A stretch of 64,000 nucleotides of DNA. Source: an uncultured Rikenellaceae bacterium. Lineage in GTDB: Bacteria; Bacteroidota; Bacteroidia; Bacteroidales; VadinHA17. The translations under genes were made by a program, and so were the position numbers. The notes beneath the pieces are model-generated. The model had not been told where the DNA came from and ran no database searches. It worked only from the letters and a program-made list of their open reading frames with translations. The DNA lies in the NCBI GenBank assembly GCA_964421975.1, contig CAYQZL010000004.1:818-64817 (forward strand), in the 5' to 3' direction. Of this stretch, positions 17,583 to 26,101 are shown piece by piece; the stretch's first letter is position 1; each line of letters begins with the position of its first letter.

Positions 17583-17668
17583 CTCCTCAGCACTCGACAC
17601 TCACCACTCACCTCTCACCTCTCACCTCTCACCGCTCACCTCTCACCGCTCACCTCTCACCTCTCACC
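17583..17668. repeat. CTCACCT/GCTCACC heptamer tract (right flank), in the same orientation as the left tract
   Basis: The sequence reads cactcaccactcacctctcacctctcacctctcaccgctcacctctcaccgctcacctctcacctctcacc. It contains the alaS stop codon and the last codons of alaS. Confidence 0.85.
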
Positions 17669-20299
17669 TATGTGTTCCCTGACATATTTTTCAGCTCTCA
17701 TTATGGCATTCTGAATACCTCCGGGATTCTTACCACCGGCAGTTGCGAGGAAAGGCTGACCACCACCTCCGCCGTTTATTTCACCTGCAATTTCCCGGAT
17801 GATATCTGTGGCGCTCAGATCCTTTTCCTTTACCAGACGGTCACTGACCATGACAATCAGACTGGCTTTATCTCCGATCGGGGACCCAAGTACCGCGATA
17901 CTGTCAGCGGGTATTTTCCTTAATTCAAAAGCAATTGATTTTAGGGTTTCGGCAGAATCAGTTTCTATCTGACCACTTATAAATTTGAAATCATTAATTT
18001 GCCGGGCTTTTTCAATAAGATCCCTGATGATATCTCCGGCAATCCGGGATTTATATTTTTCGACCGTTTTCCTGAGAGATGCATTTTCAGTTAAAAGCTT
18101 TTCCACGCTTTCCCTGGCGCTCCCGGTGCTCTTAAGAAGTGATGCAATATCTTCAAGTTCCGATATCTTTTCATTCACATATTCGTCGGCTTCGGGTCCT
18201 GTTACCGCTTCTATCCTTCTGACTCCGGCTGCAATGGCGCTTTCGGATATTATTTTGATAAGTCCGATACCGGATGTTGATTCGACATGAGTGCCTCCGC
18301 ACAGTTCAACTGAATCTCCGAAGCGGACCACTCTTACCGTATCACCGTATTTTTCCCCGAAAAGTGCCATAGCTCCCATGGAAAGAGCTTCTTTCAGCGG
18401 TATGTTTTCAGTCACCTCTTTTGTGAAATTCTCCCTTACCAGTTGGTTGGCAATGCTTTCAACCGCGAGTATCTCTTCCCTGGTGAGTTTGCTGAAATGG
18501 CTGAAATCGAACCTTAGCCGGCCGGGTGTTACGAGTGAACCTTTCTGTTCAACATGTGATCCCAGGACTTTTCTCAGTGCATAATGAAGAAGGTGGGTGG
18601 CAGTATGGTTATTGGCTGCCATTTTACGCTTAGCCTCATCAACGGTTGCAGTGAATCCTGCATCGGGGTGGGAGGGAGCTTTCTTTGTGAGATGTATTAT
18701 CAGATCATTCTCCTTTATTGTATCATTGATCTCAATTTTTTCGAATTCCGAGACAATAATACCTGTATCGCCTGCCTGTCCGCCTGATTCTGCATAAAAA
18801 GGTGTTCTGTCGAATACAAGCTGGCATATCTCCTTTCCTTTGGTTTTTACAACACGGTATTTTGTAATCAGGATATTATCCACCGTCCTGTCATATCCCG
18901 TAAATACCGTATCATCGTTTTCCCTTATTATTATCCAGTCGCCTGCATCCAGTATGCCGTCTGCTCTCGACCGGTCTTTCTGATTCTTCATTTCTGTTTC
19001 GAATCCTTCTGTATCCAGAGTCATGCCATTCTCTTTCAGAATAAGCTGGGTCAGGTCAGCGGGAAATCCATAGGTATCGTAGAGCTCAAAAGCGATTTTC
19101 CCTGACAGGATACTTTCATTCTTCTCCTTAAGATCAGAGATCATCTTATCTATCATCCTGAGGCCTTTCCCCAGGGTTTTTAGAAAAGCTGTTTCTTCTT
19201 CAAAGATTATTTTAGATATCTGTTCTCCTGAAGATTTCAGTTCAGGATACTGATCTCCCATTACTGAAGCAAGTGCGGGGACAAGCTTATACATGAATGG
19301 TTCATCAGTGCCGAGGTAGTTATAAGCATACCTTACGGCTCTCCTGAGTATCCTGCGTATTACATATCCGGCTTTATTATTGGATGGAAGCTGCCCGTCG
19401 GCTATTGAAAATGAGACTGCCCTGAGATGATCCGCTATAACCCTCATGGCAGTATCCTGTTCCTCGTTCCTGCCATATTCCTTGCCGGTGAGGACACATA
19501 TTTCCTTAATTACGGACTGAAAAATATCTGTATCATAATTTGATTTTTTCCCCTGAACGACCATGCACAGTCTTTCAAAGCCCATACCCGTATCAACATG
19601 CCTGTCGGGCAACAGTTCAAGTGATCCGTCGGCTTTGCGTTTATACTGAATAAATACAAGGTTCCATACTTCTATTACCAGGGGATGTCCTTTATTAACA
19701 AGAGTGTGTCCGGGTATCTTTTTTCTTTCGGAGTCATCACGTATGTCCACATGGATCTCGGAGCATGGGCCACAGGGGCCGGTATCTCCCATCTCCCAGA
19801 AATTGTCTTTTTTCGATCCTTCAAGTATCCTGTCCGGATCTGCCTGAAAACACTTCTGCCACCAGCTGTATGCTTCATCATCACGCGGTACATTTTCTGA
19901 GGGACTTCCGGTAAAGATGGTTGCATACAGCCTGTCTGCCGGTATACCCAGTCTGCCGTTAAGGAATTCCCAGGCCCATTCTATGGCTTCCTTCTTGAAA
20001 TAATCGCCGAAAGACCAGTTCCCCAGCATCTCGAACATTGTATGATGATAAGTGTCATGTCCCACTTCTTCAAGATCGTTGTGCTTGCCTGAAACCCTGA
20101 GACATTTCTGTGAATCGGCAATCCTCCTGTACTTAGGCTGCATATTGCCCAGAAATATATCCTTGAACTGGTTCATTCCGGCATTTGTGAACATCAGAGT
20201 CGGATCATTCTTGATTACCATCGGGGCAGATGATACTATCTCATGTCCTTTTTCCCGGAAAAAGTCAAAGAATAACTGCCTCAGTTGCTGTGATTTCAT
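17657..20299 (-). CDS. alaS: Alanine--tRNA ligase
   Basis: FTNAGMNQFKD, editing-domain HTATHLLH, and C-terminal DHHA1-type GGGGGQP. The ATG at 20299 (MKSQQLRQLFFDFF) is preferred over the track start at 20332. Confidence 0.95.
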   Translation of the reverse strand: MKSQQLRQLFFDFFREKGHEIVSSAPMVIKNDPTLMFTNAGMNQFKDIFLGNMQPKYRRIADSQKCLRVSGKHNDLEEVGHDTYHHTMFEMLGNWSFGDYFKKEAIEWAWEFLNGRLGIPADRLYATIFTGSPSENVPRDDEAYSWWQKCFQADPDRILEGSKKDNFWEMGDTGPCGPCSEIHVDIRDDSERKKIPGHTLVNKGHPLVIEVWNLVFIQYKRKADGSLELLPDRHVDTGMGFERLCMVVQGKKSNYDTDIFQSVIKEICVLTGKEYGRNEEQDTAMRVIADHLRAVSFSIADGQLPSNNKAGYVIRRILRRAVRYAYNYLGTDEPFMYKLVPALASVMGDQYPELKSSGEQISKIIFEEETAFLKTLGKGLRMIDKMISDLKEKNESILSGKIAFELYDTYGFPADLTQLILKENGMTLDTEGFETEMKNQKDRSRADGILDAGDWIIIRENDDTVFTGYDRTVDNILITKYRVVKTKGKEICQLVFDRTPFYAESGGQAGDTGIIVSEFEKIEINDTIKENDLIIHLTKKAPSHPDAGFTATVDEAKRKMAANNHTATHLLHYALRKVLGSHVEQKGSLVTPGRLRFDFSHFSKLTREEILAVESIANQLVRENFTKEVTENIPLKEALSMGAMALFGEKYGDTVRVVRFGDSVELCGGTHVESTSGIGLIKIISESAIAAGVRRIEAVTGPEADEYVNEKISELEDIASLLKSTGSARESVEKLLTENASLRKTVEKYKSRIAGDIIRDLIEKARQINDFKFISGQIETDSAETLKSIAFELRKIPADSIAVLGSPIGDKASLIVMVSDRLVKEKDLSATDIIREIAGEINGGGGGQPFLATAGGKNPGGIQNAIMRAEKYVREHIGER

Positions 20300-20371
20300 A
20301 TTTTTTTTCTTATACATGTAACATTTCGTCAAACTCTTCGTAAATTGGTTTGTAAAATTAAATTATTTGTT

Positions 20372-20379
20372 TAGATTTG
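20372..20379 (+). promoter_or_regulatory. Candidate -7 box (TAGATTTG) upstream of the first M23 peptidase gene
   Basis: Exact TAnnTTTG match, 35-44 nt upstream of the candidate starts. Confidence 0.35.
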
Positions 20380-20413
20380 AAGTTTTCGGCCCTAAAATAT
20401 TGCAAAAACCCAA

Positions 20414-21385
20414 GTGTGGAGTATGACTAGAAAAAGATATTATCTTGACCCTAAAGATTTGCAGTATAAGCAATTAAGGCTTCCCTGGAAACAGAAGCTC
20501 TTAAGGCTTCTGCTCTGGTTTACAGCAACTGTCATTATTACGGTTATTTATTCCTCGATCTTCCATAGTATTTTCGGTTCTCCAAAGGAAAAGATACTGA
20601 CACGTCAGATATCAGATCTTAATTTCAATTATAACTTTGCAAACAGGGAACTGGATAATACGCTTGCCATGATCAATGACCTTAGGATGTCGGATGAGGT
20701 AAGGTACCGTCCCATTCTTGAAATGGAGAGTCTCTCTGAAGCTTTCAGGAATCCGGGATTCGGAGGTATAGACCGGTTCAGGGATCTGAACGGTTATCCG
20801 AGTTCATCGATCATGAAATCGACCAGAACAAGGATAGAAGAGATGAAGAACATGGTTGAAGTACAGCAGACTTCTTTCAGGGAAATATCCGAAAAAGAAT
20901 CTGAATGGTCAAGGATGTACAGTTATCTTCCGCTTATCTGTCCGGTTTCAGTTAAGATAAGAAGAGGTGACGGGCTGAAGTTCAGAGAAGTCCATCCTGT
21001 TCTCGGAACGGCTCAGTGGCATCACGGACAGGATTTCAGCGCTCCGTACGGAACGGAGGTATATGCAACAGGTAACGGCCGCGTTATAGAATCGGGATGG
21101 AACAACGGTGGTTTCGGTAACTATGTGGTTGTCGACCATGGTTACGGATACCAGACTACTTATGGACATCTCAGCAGTATTAAAGTCTCGAGAGGAACAG
21201 AAGTGAAGCGCGGTGACCTGATTGGCCTCACCGGAAGCTCAGGAATATCTTCAGGCCCACATCTGCATTACCAGATCGATTTCTACGGGAGACACCAGAA
21301 TCCTCTTCATTTCTTCAATGACGATCTTAATGAAGATGAATATTTCGAGATGATCTCTCTTCTTACTTCAAGTAAAAAATTCTGA
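20414..21385 (+). CDS. M23 (LytM-domain) peptidase, membrane-anchored, paralog A
   Basis: 323 aa by the track (GTG start at 20414; an alternative ATG is at 20423). N-terminal TM helix, a coiled-coil-like middle, HHGQD (HxxxD) and GPHLHYQI (HxH). Confidence 0.8.
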   Translation: MWSMTRKRYYLDPKDLQYKQLRLPWKQKLLRLLLWFTATVIITVIYSSIFHSIFGSPKEKILTRQISDLNFNYNFANRELDNTLAMINDLRMSDEVRYRPILEMESLSEAFRNPGFGGIDRFRDLNGYPSSSIMKSTRTRIEEMKNMVEVQQTSFREISEKESEWSRMYSYLPLICPVSVKIRRGDGLKFREVHPVLGTAQWHHGQDFSAPYGTEVYATGNGRVIESGWNNGGFGNYVVVDHGYGYQTTYGHLSSIKVSRGTEVKRGDLIGLTGSSGISSGPHLHYQIDFYGRHQNPLHFFNDDLNEDEYFEMISLLTSSKKF

Positions 21386-21462
21386 GGTCTGCCAGCTTAT
21401 GGCTGACAAAAAAATCATAAATACAGTTAAAAAAATACAGTTTTGTATTTTCATTTATTGAT

Positions 21463-21470
21463 TATCTTTG
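21463..21470 (+). promoter_or_regulatory. Candidate -7 box (TATCTTTG) for the second M23 peptidase gene
   Basis: Exact TAnnTTTG match ending 8 nt before the ATG at 21478. Confidence 0.4.
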
Positions 21471-21477
21471 TGCTGCT

Positions 21478-22449
21478 ATGCCAAAGTCAAAATATAAATT
21501 CAATCCTGATTCCCTGAGCTTTGACAAAGTTACGCTCGGAGCAAGGGATCTCCTTCTCAGGCTTCTGGCCTTCTTTGTGGGATCACTTCTGATAGCTGTA
21601 GTTTATTATGTGGTCTTTGCCCTTTTCTTTAATTCACCAAAGGAAAAAGCAATGCTCAGAGAGATAGAACAGCTTACACTGCAGTACGAAATAATCCAGA
21701 GGGATATGGGAAATCTGGAAAAAGTGATAGTACAGCTGCAGGAAACAGATGACAATCTTTACAGGACCATCTTTGAAGCAGAACCCATACCAATAACACT
21801 TCGTGAAGGAGGAGTAGGGGGTGTGAACAGATATAAGGAACTGGAGGGTTTCAATAATTCGGATATTGTGGTCGAAACAGCCAAAAAGCTCGACAAGCTC
21901 AGGAAACAGGTCTATATCCAGTCAAAATCATTCGACGAACTTATTAATCTGTCCAGGAGGAAAGAAGATATGCTCGCTGCAATACCGGCAATTCTTCCGA
22001 TCAGCAATAAAGACCTGACAAGAACTGCATCTGGATTTGGCAACAGGGTTCATCCGATCTATAAGATTATTAAATTCCATGCCGGCATGGACTTTACTGC
22101 TCCTACCGGAACCGAAATATATGCCACGGGAAACGGCAGGATTGAAACAGTCAATTCATCTAAAAGAGGCCTTGGAAATCATATTATTGTCGACCATGGA
22201 TTCGGTTATTCAACAGTCTATGCCCATCTCGACAGATTCAATATCCGGCAGGGACAAAAGGTTAAAAGAGGAGATGTGATCGGATATGTAGGTAATACAG
22301 GTCTGTCGGTTGCACCACACCTTCACTATGAGGTCAAGCTCAACGGGGTGAATGTCGATCCGGTCAATTACTATTTCAATGACCTTTCTCCGGAAGAATA
22401 CGAACGCATGATCGAAATAGCTTCCAAAACAGGCCAGTCCTTTGATTAA
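21478..22449 (+). CDS. M23 (LytM-domain) peptidase, membrane-anchored, paralog B
   Basis: 323 aa. N-terminal TM helix, FHAGMD (HxxxD) and APHLHYEV (HxH). Confidence 0.8.
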   Translation: MPKSKYKFNPDSLSFDKVTLGARDLLLRLLAFFVGSLLIAVVYYVVFALFFNSPKEKAMLREIEQLTLQYEIIQRDMGNLEKVIVQLQETDDNLYRTIFEAEPIPITLREGGVGGVNRYKELEGFNNSDIVVETAKKLDKLRKQVYIQSKSFDELINLSRRKEDMLAAIPAILPISNKDLTRTASGFGNRVHPIYKIIKFHAGMDFTAPTGTEIYATGNGRIETVNSSKRGLGNHIIVDHGFGYSTVYAHLDRFNIRQGQKVKRGDVIGYVGNTGLSVAPHLHYEVKLNGVNVDPVNYYFNDLSPEEYERMIEIASKTGQSFD

Positions 22450-22468
22450 GATTTTCCAGGATCTGTGC

Positions 22469-23617
22469 ATGAAACGATACAGGTTTCCTGTTATTGCAAT
22501 TCTGATTTTTTCAGCTTTGTGTTGCATAAATGCTTATCCGCAGATTGCTGATACACTTTTGGTACCTGAAAAACTCCTGTGTGATTCCCTTATACTGACA
22601 GATCAGACAGAAGTAAATGCTTCAGATTCACTTAAGCTTGAAAGGAGGCTGATAATAACCGGTGTCGGAGATATCATGTTCGGGACCTCATTCCCTTCTG
22701 AACGCTTTCTTCCAAAACACGACGATCCTCTTGTACTGCTCGGTGATCTGGCAGATACACTTGCATTGTCAGATATCACTTTCGGTAACCTTGAGGGATC
22801 ATTCCTAGATAAAGGTGATCCCGCGAAAAAATGCAGGGACACGACGATATGCTATCTTTTCAGAATGCCTGAAAGATATGCAGGTGCCCTGAATGTTGCC
22901 GGGTTCGATATAATGAGCCTGGCGAATAACCATTTCGGCGACTTTGGAATGCCTTCACGCAGAACCACAATGAAACTTCTCGATTCACTCGGGATCGAAT
23001 ACGCGGGACTTATCGAGAAACCATATTCAATTTTCACACGCGATTCCGTGGTTTACGGATTTTGTGCCTTTGCTCCTAATGCAGGCACAGTCAGTATAGT
23101 CAATATTCCCGAAGCTGAAGCCCTGGTCAGGTTCCTGGGCGATACCTGTGATATTGTTATTGTATCATTTCACGGAGGTGCAGAAGGAGCTGAATATCAG
23201 CATGTAACCCGGAAGGAAGAAATGTCATTCGGCGAAAGCAGGGGTAATGTGTATGATTTCTCCCACAGGATGATCGATGCAGGAGCCGATATTGTGTTCG
23301 GACATGGCCCCCATGTGACAAGAGCCATCGAAGTATACAGGGACAGATTCATCGCTTACAGCCTTGGTAACTTCTGTACATATGGCAGATTTAACCTGTC
23401 CGGACCAAACGGAATAGCTCCAATAATAAAGCTGAATGTTGACACTGCAGGAAAATTCATTTCAGGAAGGATAATCCCGGTGTATCAGATATACTTCGGA
23501 GGAGTGAAAGTAGATCCTGAGAAAAAGGTGATAAAGAAAATAAAAGAGCTTACGGCTCAGGATTTCCCGGAATCTGTAATTAATATTTCAGACGATGGTG
23601 AAATTACCTTTAATTAG
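22469..23617 (+). CDS. CapA/PGA_cap family metallophosphatase-like protein
   Basis: Signal peptide MKRYRFPVIAILIFSALCC. Motifs GVGDIMFG, NLEGS, SLANNH, SFHGGAEG and HGPH. The track ORF begins at a TTG at 22442. Confidence 0.7.
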   Translation: MKRYRFPVIAILIFSALCCINAYPQIADTLLVPEKLLCDSLILTDQTEVNASDSLKLERRLIITGVGDIMFGTSFPSERFLPKHDDPLVLLGDLADTLALSDITFGNLEGSFLDKGDPAKKCRDTTICYLFRMPERYAGALNVAGFDIMSLANNHFGDFGMPSRRTTMKLLDSLGIEYAGLIEKPYSIFTRDSVVYGFCAFAPNAGTVSIVNIPEAEALVRFLGDTCDIVIVSFHGGAEGAEYQHVTRKEEMSFGESRGNVYDFSHRMIDAGADIVFGHGPHVTRAIEVYRDRFIAYSLGNFCTYGRFNLSGPNGIAPIIKLNVDTAGKFISGRIIPVYQIYFGGVKVDPEKKVIKKIKELTAQDFPESVINISDDGEITFN

Positions 23618-23638
23618 TAAATACTTACCGAAACAACT

Positions 23639-23646
23639 TATATTTG
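23639..23646 (+). promoter_or_regulatory. Candidate -7 box (TATATTTG) for the merR-nif3-zinc ribbon operon
   Basis: Exact TAnnTTTG match, 74 nt upstream of the ATG at 23720. Confidence 0.35.
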
Positions 23647-23719
23647 TATGACAGATGTCTGGTTTTACCCGAAAATCAGATAAACTGTTGTGATCGTCGC
23701 CATAAAGAAAAAATAAACA

Positions 23720-24055
23720 ATGCCGTATAAGGAGAAAAAGATAGAAAAGCTCTATTATTCAATTGGAGAAGTATCGGAAATGCTGGATGTCCCGGTGTCG
23801 ACCGTCAGATTCTGGGAGAATGAGTTCAGTATCCTGAAACCTATGAAAAACAAAAAGGGGAACAGGATGTTCACTCCGGATGATATCAGGAACCTGAAGA
23901 TCATTCACCGTATGCTCAAAGAGGAAGGAATGACCCTTCAGGGTGTAAAAAAGAAACTTGCCGGAAAATGGGAAGAAGCAGATTCAAAATACGAGATCAC
24001 CGAATCGTTGAAGAAAATAAGGGATCTGCTGACAGATTTACGCGATAATATTTAA
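23720..24055 (+). CDS. MerR family transcriptional regulator
   Basis: 111 aa. N-terminal HTH YSIGEVSEMLDVPVSTVRFWENEF. Confidence 0.8.
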   Translation: MPYKEKKIEKLYYSIGEVSEMLDVPVSTVRFWENEFSILKPMKNKKGNRMFTPDDIRNLKIIHRMLKEEGMTLQGVKKKLAGKWEEADSKYEITESLKKIRDLLTDLRDNI

Positions 24056-24057
24056 AA

Positions 24058-25152
24058 ATGAAACTTAAGGAGCTTACCGGCTTTCTGGATTCCGTGATCC
24101 CTCTCTCATTCCAGGAAGATTATGACAATTCGGGACTGCAGTATGGTCTGCCGGAAATGGAGATCAGTTCGGCTCTTCTCACACTCGACATCACGGAAGA
24201 AATTGTCAGTGAGGCAAGCTGTACAGGATGTGGTCTGATCATTTCACATCATCCTGTGATTTTCAGGCCTCTGAAGAGGATCTCAGGCCATACTCCGTCG
24301 GAACGTATAATATATAAGGCGATAAAACAGGATATTGCAATTTATTCAGCTCACACCAATCTTGATATGATCGGAAATGGTGTAAGCAGAAAAATGGCTG
24401 AAAAGATTGGACTGAAAAGGGTTAAGATTCTGTCTCCTCTCAGGGACCGCTTGTGTAAGCTGGTTACTTTCATTCCTGATGGTCATCTGGATAAGGTGCG
24501 TCAGGCTCTGTTCGATGCAGGAGCAGGTGTCACCGGTAATTATGACAGCTGTGGTTTTACGGTAAGCGGGACCGGCAGTTTCAGAGGGAATGATGATTCA
24601 AATCCTTATGCGGGAGAAAAAGGAAAGATGCATTTTGAAAAGGAGACCAGATTCGAAACGATACTGTTTTCACATCAGAAATCAAAAATAATAAAAGCTC
24701 TTCTTGAAGCTCATCCTTATGAGGAAGTGGCATATGACATATACCCTCTCGAAAATCAGAATATCAATGCCGGACTGGGTTGTATAGGCGATCTGCCGGC
24801 CGGAATGGATGAAAAAGAATTTCTCCGCTTCATTTCCGGAGTGTTTGATCTGAAGGGGCTCAGGCATTCATCCCTGAACGGAAGAATGATTAACAGAGTA
24901 GCCCTGTGCGGAGGATCAGGAGGTTCTCTTACGGAAATTGCAGCAGATTCCGGTGCTGATGCTTTTATTTCGGCTGATATTAAATACCATACATTCCTTG
25001 ATTCGGGAAACCGTATACTTATTGCAGATATCGGACACTTTGAAAGCGAAAAATTCTCTGTAGAGATTTTATACGATCTAATTATCAAAAAATTCCCTAA
25101 ATTTGCACTCCGGTTTTCAGAGATAAATACGAATCCGATAAATTACATATAA
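24058..25152 (+). CDS. Nif3-like dinuclear metal center protein (GTP cyclohydrolase 1 type 2 homolog)
   Basis: 364 aa. ISHHPVIF, AHTNLD, and a C-terminal GHFESE-type motif, with an inserted PII-like domain. Confidence 0.85.
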   Translation: MKLKELTGFLDSVIPLSFQEDYDNSGLQYGLPEMEISSALLTLDITEEIVSEASCTGCGLIISHHPVIFRPLKRISGHTPSERIIYKAIKQDIAIYSAHTNLDMIGNGVSRKMAEKIGLKRVKILSPLRDRLCKLVTFIPDGHLDKVRQALFDAGAGVTGNYDSCGFTVSGTGSFRGNDDSNPYAGEKGKMHFEKETRFETILFSHQKSKIIKALLEAHPYEEVAYDIYPLENQNINAGLGCIGDLPAGMDEKEFLRFISGVFDLKGLRHSSLNGRMINRVALCGGSGGSLTEIAADSGADAFISADIKYHTFLDSGNRILIADIGHFESEKFSVEILYDLIIKKFPKFALRFSEINTNPINYI

Positions 25153-25153
25153 T

Positions 25154-25918
25154 ATGGAAAAAGTCAAAACACATGAGACAGAGGTTTCCGTGGAGGATAG
25201 ATTACGTGCCCTGTACAGCCTTCAGCTGGTTGATTCAGAAATCGATAAGATAAAGACACTTAGAGGCGAGCTGCCACTTGAAGTTCAGGATCTGGAAGAC
25301 GAAATAGCGGGACTGGAAACAAGACTGGGTAATCTGAGAGAAGAAGTTGTTGTCCTTGAAAAATCGGTACAGAAAAAGAATATAGAAATAAGTGAAGCTG
25401 AATCTCTTATAAAGAAATACGAAGAACAGCAGAAAAACGTAAGAAATAACAGGGAATTCGATTCATTATCAAAAGAAATAGAGTTTCAGAACCTCGAAAT
25501 TGAGTTGTTCAATAAGAAAATAAGAGAGTTTAACAACCAGATTGATGATAAGAAAAAGCTGATCACCGACTCTGAAGCTACTCTTGCCGAACGTAAAAGC
25601 GATCTGGATAACAAAAGATCCGAACTGGATGAGATAATTTCAGATACACAGAAAGAAGAAGAAACCCTTTTCAAAAAACTTGAAGAAGTACAGGCTGTTA
25701 TCGAAGAACGCCTGCTTACCGCATACAAACGTATCCGTTCAAATGCAAGAAACGGTCTGGCTGTCGTTCCTGTGGAGCGTGACGCATGCGGAGGATGCTT
25801 CAACCAGATACCACCCCAGCGTCAGCTCGATATCAGATCCAGAAAGAAAATCATCGTCTGTGAATATTGCGGAAGAATACTCGTCGATGACGAAATAATA
25901 AAGGAAGCCAAAATCTGA
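25154..25918 (+). CDS. Coiled-coil zinc-ribbon protein (COG1579-type), the usual partner of Nif3
   Basis: 254 aa. Long heptad-rich N-terminal part, then CGGCF...CEYCGRIL. Starts 2 nt after the nif3 stop. Confidence 0.7.
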   Translation: MEKVKTHETEVSVEDRLRALYSLQLVDSEIDKIKTLRGELPLEVQDLEDEIAGLETRLGNLREEVVVLEKSVQKKNIEISEAESLIKKYEEQQKNVRNNREFDSLSKEIEFQNLEIELFNKKIREFNNQIDDKKKLITDSEATLAERKSDLDNKRSELDEIISDTQKEEETLFKKLEEVQAVIEERLLTAYKRIRSNARNGLAVVPVERDACGGCFNQIPPQRQLDIRSRKKIIVCEYCGRILVDDEIIKEAKI

Positions 25919-25937
25919 TAAGCATATTAAAATATTG

Positions 25938-25975
25938 AACGCCGTCACGGATTCAACTGTGACGGCGTTCTTTTA
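25938..25975 (+). terminator. Intrinsic terminator after the zinc-ribbon gene
   Basis: gaacgccgtcac-ggattcaact-gtgacggcgttc followed by tttt. The 12-bp stem is perfect. Confidence 0.8.
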
Positions 25976-25995
25976 TGTTGACCAGTCAATAAAAA

Positions 25996-26055
25996 ATATG
26001 TATTAAAATATGTATTAAAATATGTCTTTTAATATGTCTTTTAATACGTAGACGC
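25996..26055. repeat. 12-bp tandem repeat (atatgtattaaa x2, atatgtctttta x2, plus a degenerate fifth unit) upstream of hutU
   Basis: Read directly: units at 25996, 26008, 26020 and 26032, with a partial unit at 26044. Confidence 0.9.
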
Positions 26056-26101
26056 TCATTCCGGTGAATTCCTTAACTTTATGATATGAAATTAACCATT
26101 T

